Shown piece after piece: positions 60,502 through 64,000 of a DNA stretch of 64,000 nucleotides. A model generated the notes under the pieces. The model did not search any database and was not told where the DNA came from. It saw only the letters and a program-made list of their open reading frames with translations. Within the stretch, counting starts at the first letter, position 1. Each line of letters starts with the position of its first letter. The DNA is from Antedon mediterranea (Eukaryota; Animalia; Echinodermata), in assembly GCF_964355755.1 (NCBI RefSeq), contig NC_092670.1:22120795-22184794 (forward strand), given 5' to 3'. Position numbers and translations under genes: made by a program.

Positions 60502-62733
60502 TCAGTCTGTTGTATATATTGGTCGCGGGCCAGACTTCACCGCATCTTCTCCTAGCTCTTCAACCTTTTCTTTGCGAATGAAGTCGTTTAGTTGATCAAC
60601 CATCAACACTAACTTCTGCTGCATCTCATCACATTCAATCTGGATTGGCTCGATTCCTGTTATTAGTAAACAAAAAGGAACGGTATAAATAATGACTCAA
60701 CAAAGTGTCACTTTCATATGGAATGAATAGAGGTTAGCTGTGAATAGGAGTGTCCCAAAAGAAGGGCTTTACTGTATTTAATTCAAAATATTTCTCATTT
60801 TTTTGTTTGGTGTGAATGGATTGTAAATAAACAAATATATGGTTGTATAATGTGTTTTTTCTTTCTTTTGTGATTAATTGGTGCAATTCTACTGGTAAAT
60901 TAGCTTCATAGTGTTTTTATACAGGTTCTGTTTTCATTGCCAGTGAAAAGTTTTAGTATTTCATTGAGCTCCATCAACTATAACTTTTACACACACACAC
61001 CTCAATTAAACAAAATTGCACATCAAGAGGAAAAAACTTTTGTGTTGATCCGAGGGTACAGGATGTGAACAGAGGCAGTGACTCCAGCCAAATTCAGAGA
61101 AATGTAAAGTACTTGACCTCATTTTCTAAGGGCAGCGGAAGATTTAATAATATCCATACCTTCAACATATTTATGTCGTCTCTTTGGCTTCAAGTTCCTT
61201 CTCTCAGCAAATCCCACAGTCTCCTTAAATCGTCGAACCATAAAGTCGATGATTTCTACATCATTTTTCATCTTTGCATTCTCTTCTTTGGTAACAGAGA
61301 ATGCTTCATTGATGATGGTGATAAACATGTTCATAAGAACAAACACGATGGTCAGTGTGAAACTGAAGAAAAATATTGGTCCTAGGACTCTGTTCACACC
61401 AACCATGTCATCAAAGTTGAAATTACCTACATGTACAAAAAAAAACCCAAATATTTATACACAATTACATCATCTTCCAGTAGTCTTTACAATACAAAAC
61501 ATAATGACATAAATTATGTTATATTGTTACATAACCATCAACTGAAGTTCCTATGTAATTTGCTTTTTATAACAGTACTGTAATTTGGTAGTGACCAAAT
61601 TATTATCTTTGTACTATCAATTGTGTGGTACTCAGGTATTTGTAGGCCTTTTAAATTGCATCAAATTTAGCCCAGATTGCTTTTCTGATGCAAAACCCCA
61701 TAAAATAAGTGTGGTCGTCTAAAAAAAAAGTTACTATTTCTGAGGTAATGTGAGAATACTTACCAAGCAGAGTAGCAAACAAAGATTCTAATGTGGTGAT
61801 CATCGTGTAGTAATCAATCATGTTGTTACCAAACAACATGAATCCGGCGCAAGCGTACGAAGCAAATATAACAGCAAACATCATGAAGAAGAGAAGCAGT
61901 TCCAACCAACATGTCTGTATAGTTTGAGAGAGCAGCAGCATCCGTTTGTTGAAACGCAACAGCTTCATGAACTTGATTGTTGATATGAAGAGAATTAAGC
62001 CTATCATCCAACAGAACATCTGCAAGAGAAGGAGAACAAAATCAGTCATGCATGTATGAGTACTAGTGCCACATAAACTAATTTGTAATGGTAGTAGAAA
62101 CAGAACCTATAGTTAGACAGCTAAGGATACAGACTAGAAATTACTGAATTTTCATGGTAAGAAACAGACCCTATAGTTAAGCTCTCTCTACACTATCAAA
62201 CAAAATGTGATGTGCCCATTATGGACACGATGATGTCATATCACTACTATATTTGGGCATATCACTACCATATTTTGGCACATCACACTTTTTTTGTCAC
62301 ATACACTGTGATAGTGTAGACAGAGCTTTAGACAGTTAAGATTACAGTCTAGACATTGTTTGTCATGGCAGTAGAAACAGACCCTATAGTTCATTGTAGC
62401 CATTACTCACCTGATCCCACTGGCCCACATATTGGAAATTCAAAAACTTTGTTGGATTCTCATTTTGCTCTGTCATAAGACTCTTGGCGACAAATGTGCG
62501 ATACATGTACATAACAAATGCTGTTATGGACAACACTAGAGTAATAAACTCTGCCAGGTTACTAAGGCTTTTGAAGTATTTTTTCTTCTGTTTTTTGATG
62601 TGTTTAAATTCTTTAAATGCAAACCAGAGGGTGAAGACACACAACCCGGCTTCAGCTGCGAGGACGATGTAGCTGTATGGCCCAAAGTATCGGTCCAATT
62701 TCAACGTCTGAAAATGAAAGTATGGTATGGCAC
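60502..62733 (-). CDS. Polycystin-family (PKD1-like/PKD2-like TRPP) channel, 3' exons; gene continues upstream
   Basis: Exons 62733-62411, 62019-61764, 61426-61160, 60656-60502. Motifs: FQTLKLDRY, FLNFQYVGQWD, IKFMKLLRFNKRMLLLSQT, pore TLLGNFNFDDM, RVLGPIFFFSF..FVLMNMFITIINEAF, and a short coiled-coil-like tail. Confidence 0.9.
62180..62328. mobile_element. MITE, CTCTGTCTACACTATCAAAC family
   Basis: TTA|AGCTCTCTCTACACTATCA ... TGATAGTGTAGACAGAGCT|TTA. Confidence 0.8.
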
Positions 62734-64000
62734 CTGTGCAGAGAAAAACAATAAAAACTAGATTTAATTCGTCACTATGACGAATTATAGGTTATATGCA
62801 TTGATTTAAATAAAGATAATTGATTTTTAAAAGATATTTTGATTGATTCTTTAATTATTTATATATAGATATATGATAGGACCTTGCTAACGCGAATACA
62901 ATAGCCGGTATCACAATCCGATCAAAGATCCATATGCGTATAATGTCATAAACCACATTTGTTGTTACATAATAATAAAGACATAAGTTAATTTTTATCT
63001 AGATTTCATTATAAATCATGTGTATAATCTATACACTAAGAAATAAATTTGTACAAACAATACGGATAATAAAAAAAAAAAAATCTTATTTCGTTTCCCA
63101 AGGTGAGACTCGATCTCGGTACCTTGAATGCCATAGACACGAGCACAGACCAGCGCGCCATACACAACTGACTAAAAGTTGTAGAAAAATTCCTCCGTGT
63201 ATTTACTAGGCAGTAACCACTTTGGTGCAAATAGATTATTACATACCGCAATGAATTATAATTTTTTACTATGATGACATCTTTAAAAATGTAAAAAAAT
63301 TATGCACTGTCAAACTACATACTTTTAACTTTAATATATGAACTTCTTAAGGAAAAAAGTTAATGTTAAGTTTGTTATTTTGGCCTAAGAAAATGTCATA
63401 AATTGTTTGATTGTCAAAATTATTTAAAAAAAATTTAATATGCAATTAATGATGACTTAATCAACTTTTGTTCTCTTAATTTGATAATAAATCATACATA
63501 TGATACATACACTTCAAGAAAATGAAATAAAAAATAGGTGTTCCCCTGCATTCTGACGATATATATTAATTTTAAAATTTAGCATATTTTCACCATTTTG
63601 TTAACTATACGTGCGTAGCCAGTCACTTTTGACGTGCTCGTATAACGCAATTTCGAGTTGAAACCTGAATCAAATATGATGATATTATTAAAGAAAGATT
63701 GTAAAACAGAAATCGGGCAAAAAGAGTGCGCATTAACGTTTAACGCGCAGTGCGCGTGCAAAAATCTGCCCACTCATGGCAATTTTTTAAACGCTTAAAA
63801 TTGCCTGAAACGTACTCTAATTTCATCGAAAATAAATTTTGACAATTTTGAACATTTTAAGCGCGTGTACGCAAGCGTTATATGCGCTACGCACGTAATT
63901 GTAATGCCATATGATGAAATATGACCTGAAATTTATGAGTACCAAATTTTGTTTAAAAGTGATTCATGCTTGTGAAGATATGATTACAAACGTGATTTCG

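Overview
AT-rich, intron-rich animal genomic DNA, not prokaryotic. An invertebrate is likely (echinoderm-like is only a guess), so most of the ORF track is exon fragments or noise. Splicing by hand (GT-AG sites, phases checked) gives: a large + strand iRhom (RHBDF-type inactive rhomboid), CDS 12358-40184, with candidate alternative first and cassette exons; a complete - strand CIAO3/NARFL (10 exons); CYBC1/EROS head-to-head with it; GEMIN8; two tandem intronless Ig-domain membrane-protein paralogs, each apparently damaged; and the 3' end of a polycystin-family channel gene (- strand) whose last exon is duplicated. Introns hold many non-autonomous DNA transposons, SINE/LINE fragments and minisatellites. 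No clearly new biological system is evident. The best leads are the iRhom-Nar1-EROS microsynteny, the duplicated polycystin terminal exon enclosing an Ig gene, and apparent transposon excision footprints inside tandem arrays. Human comparisons are from recall, not database searches.
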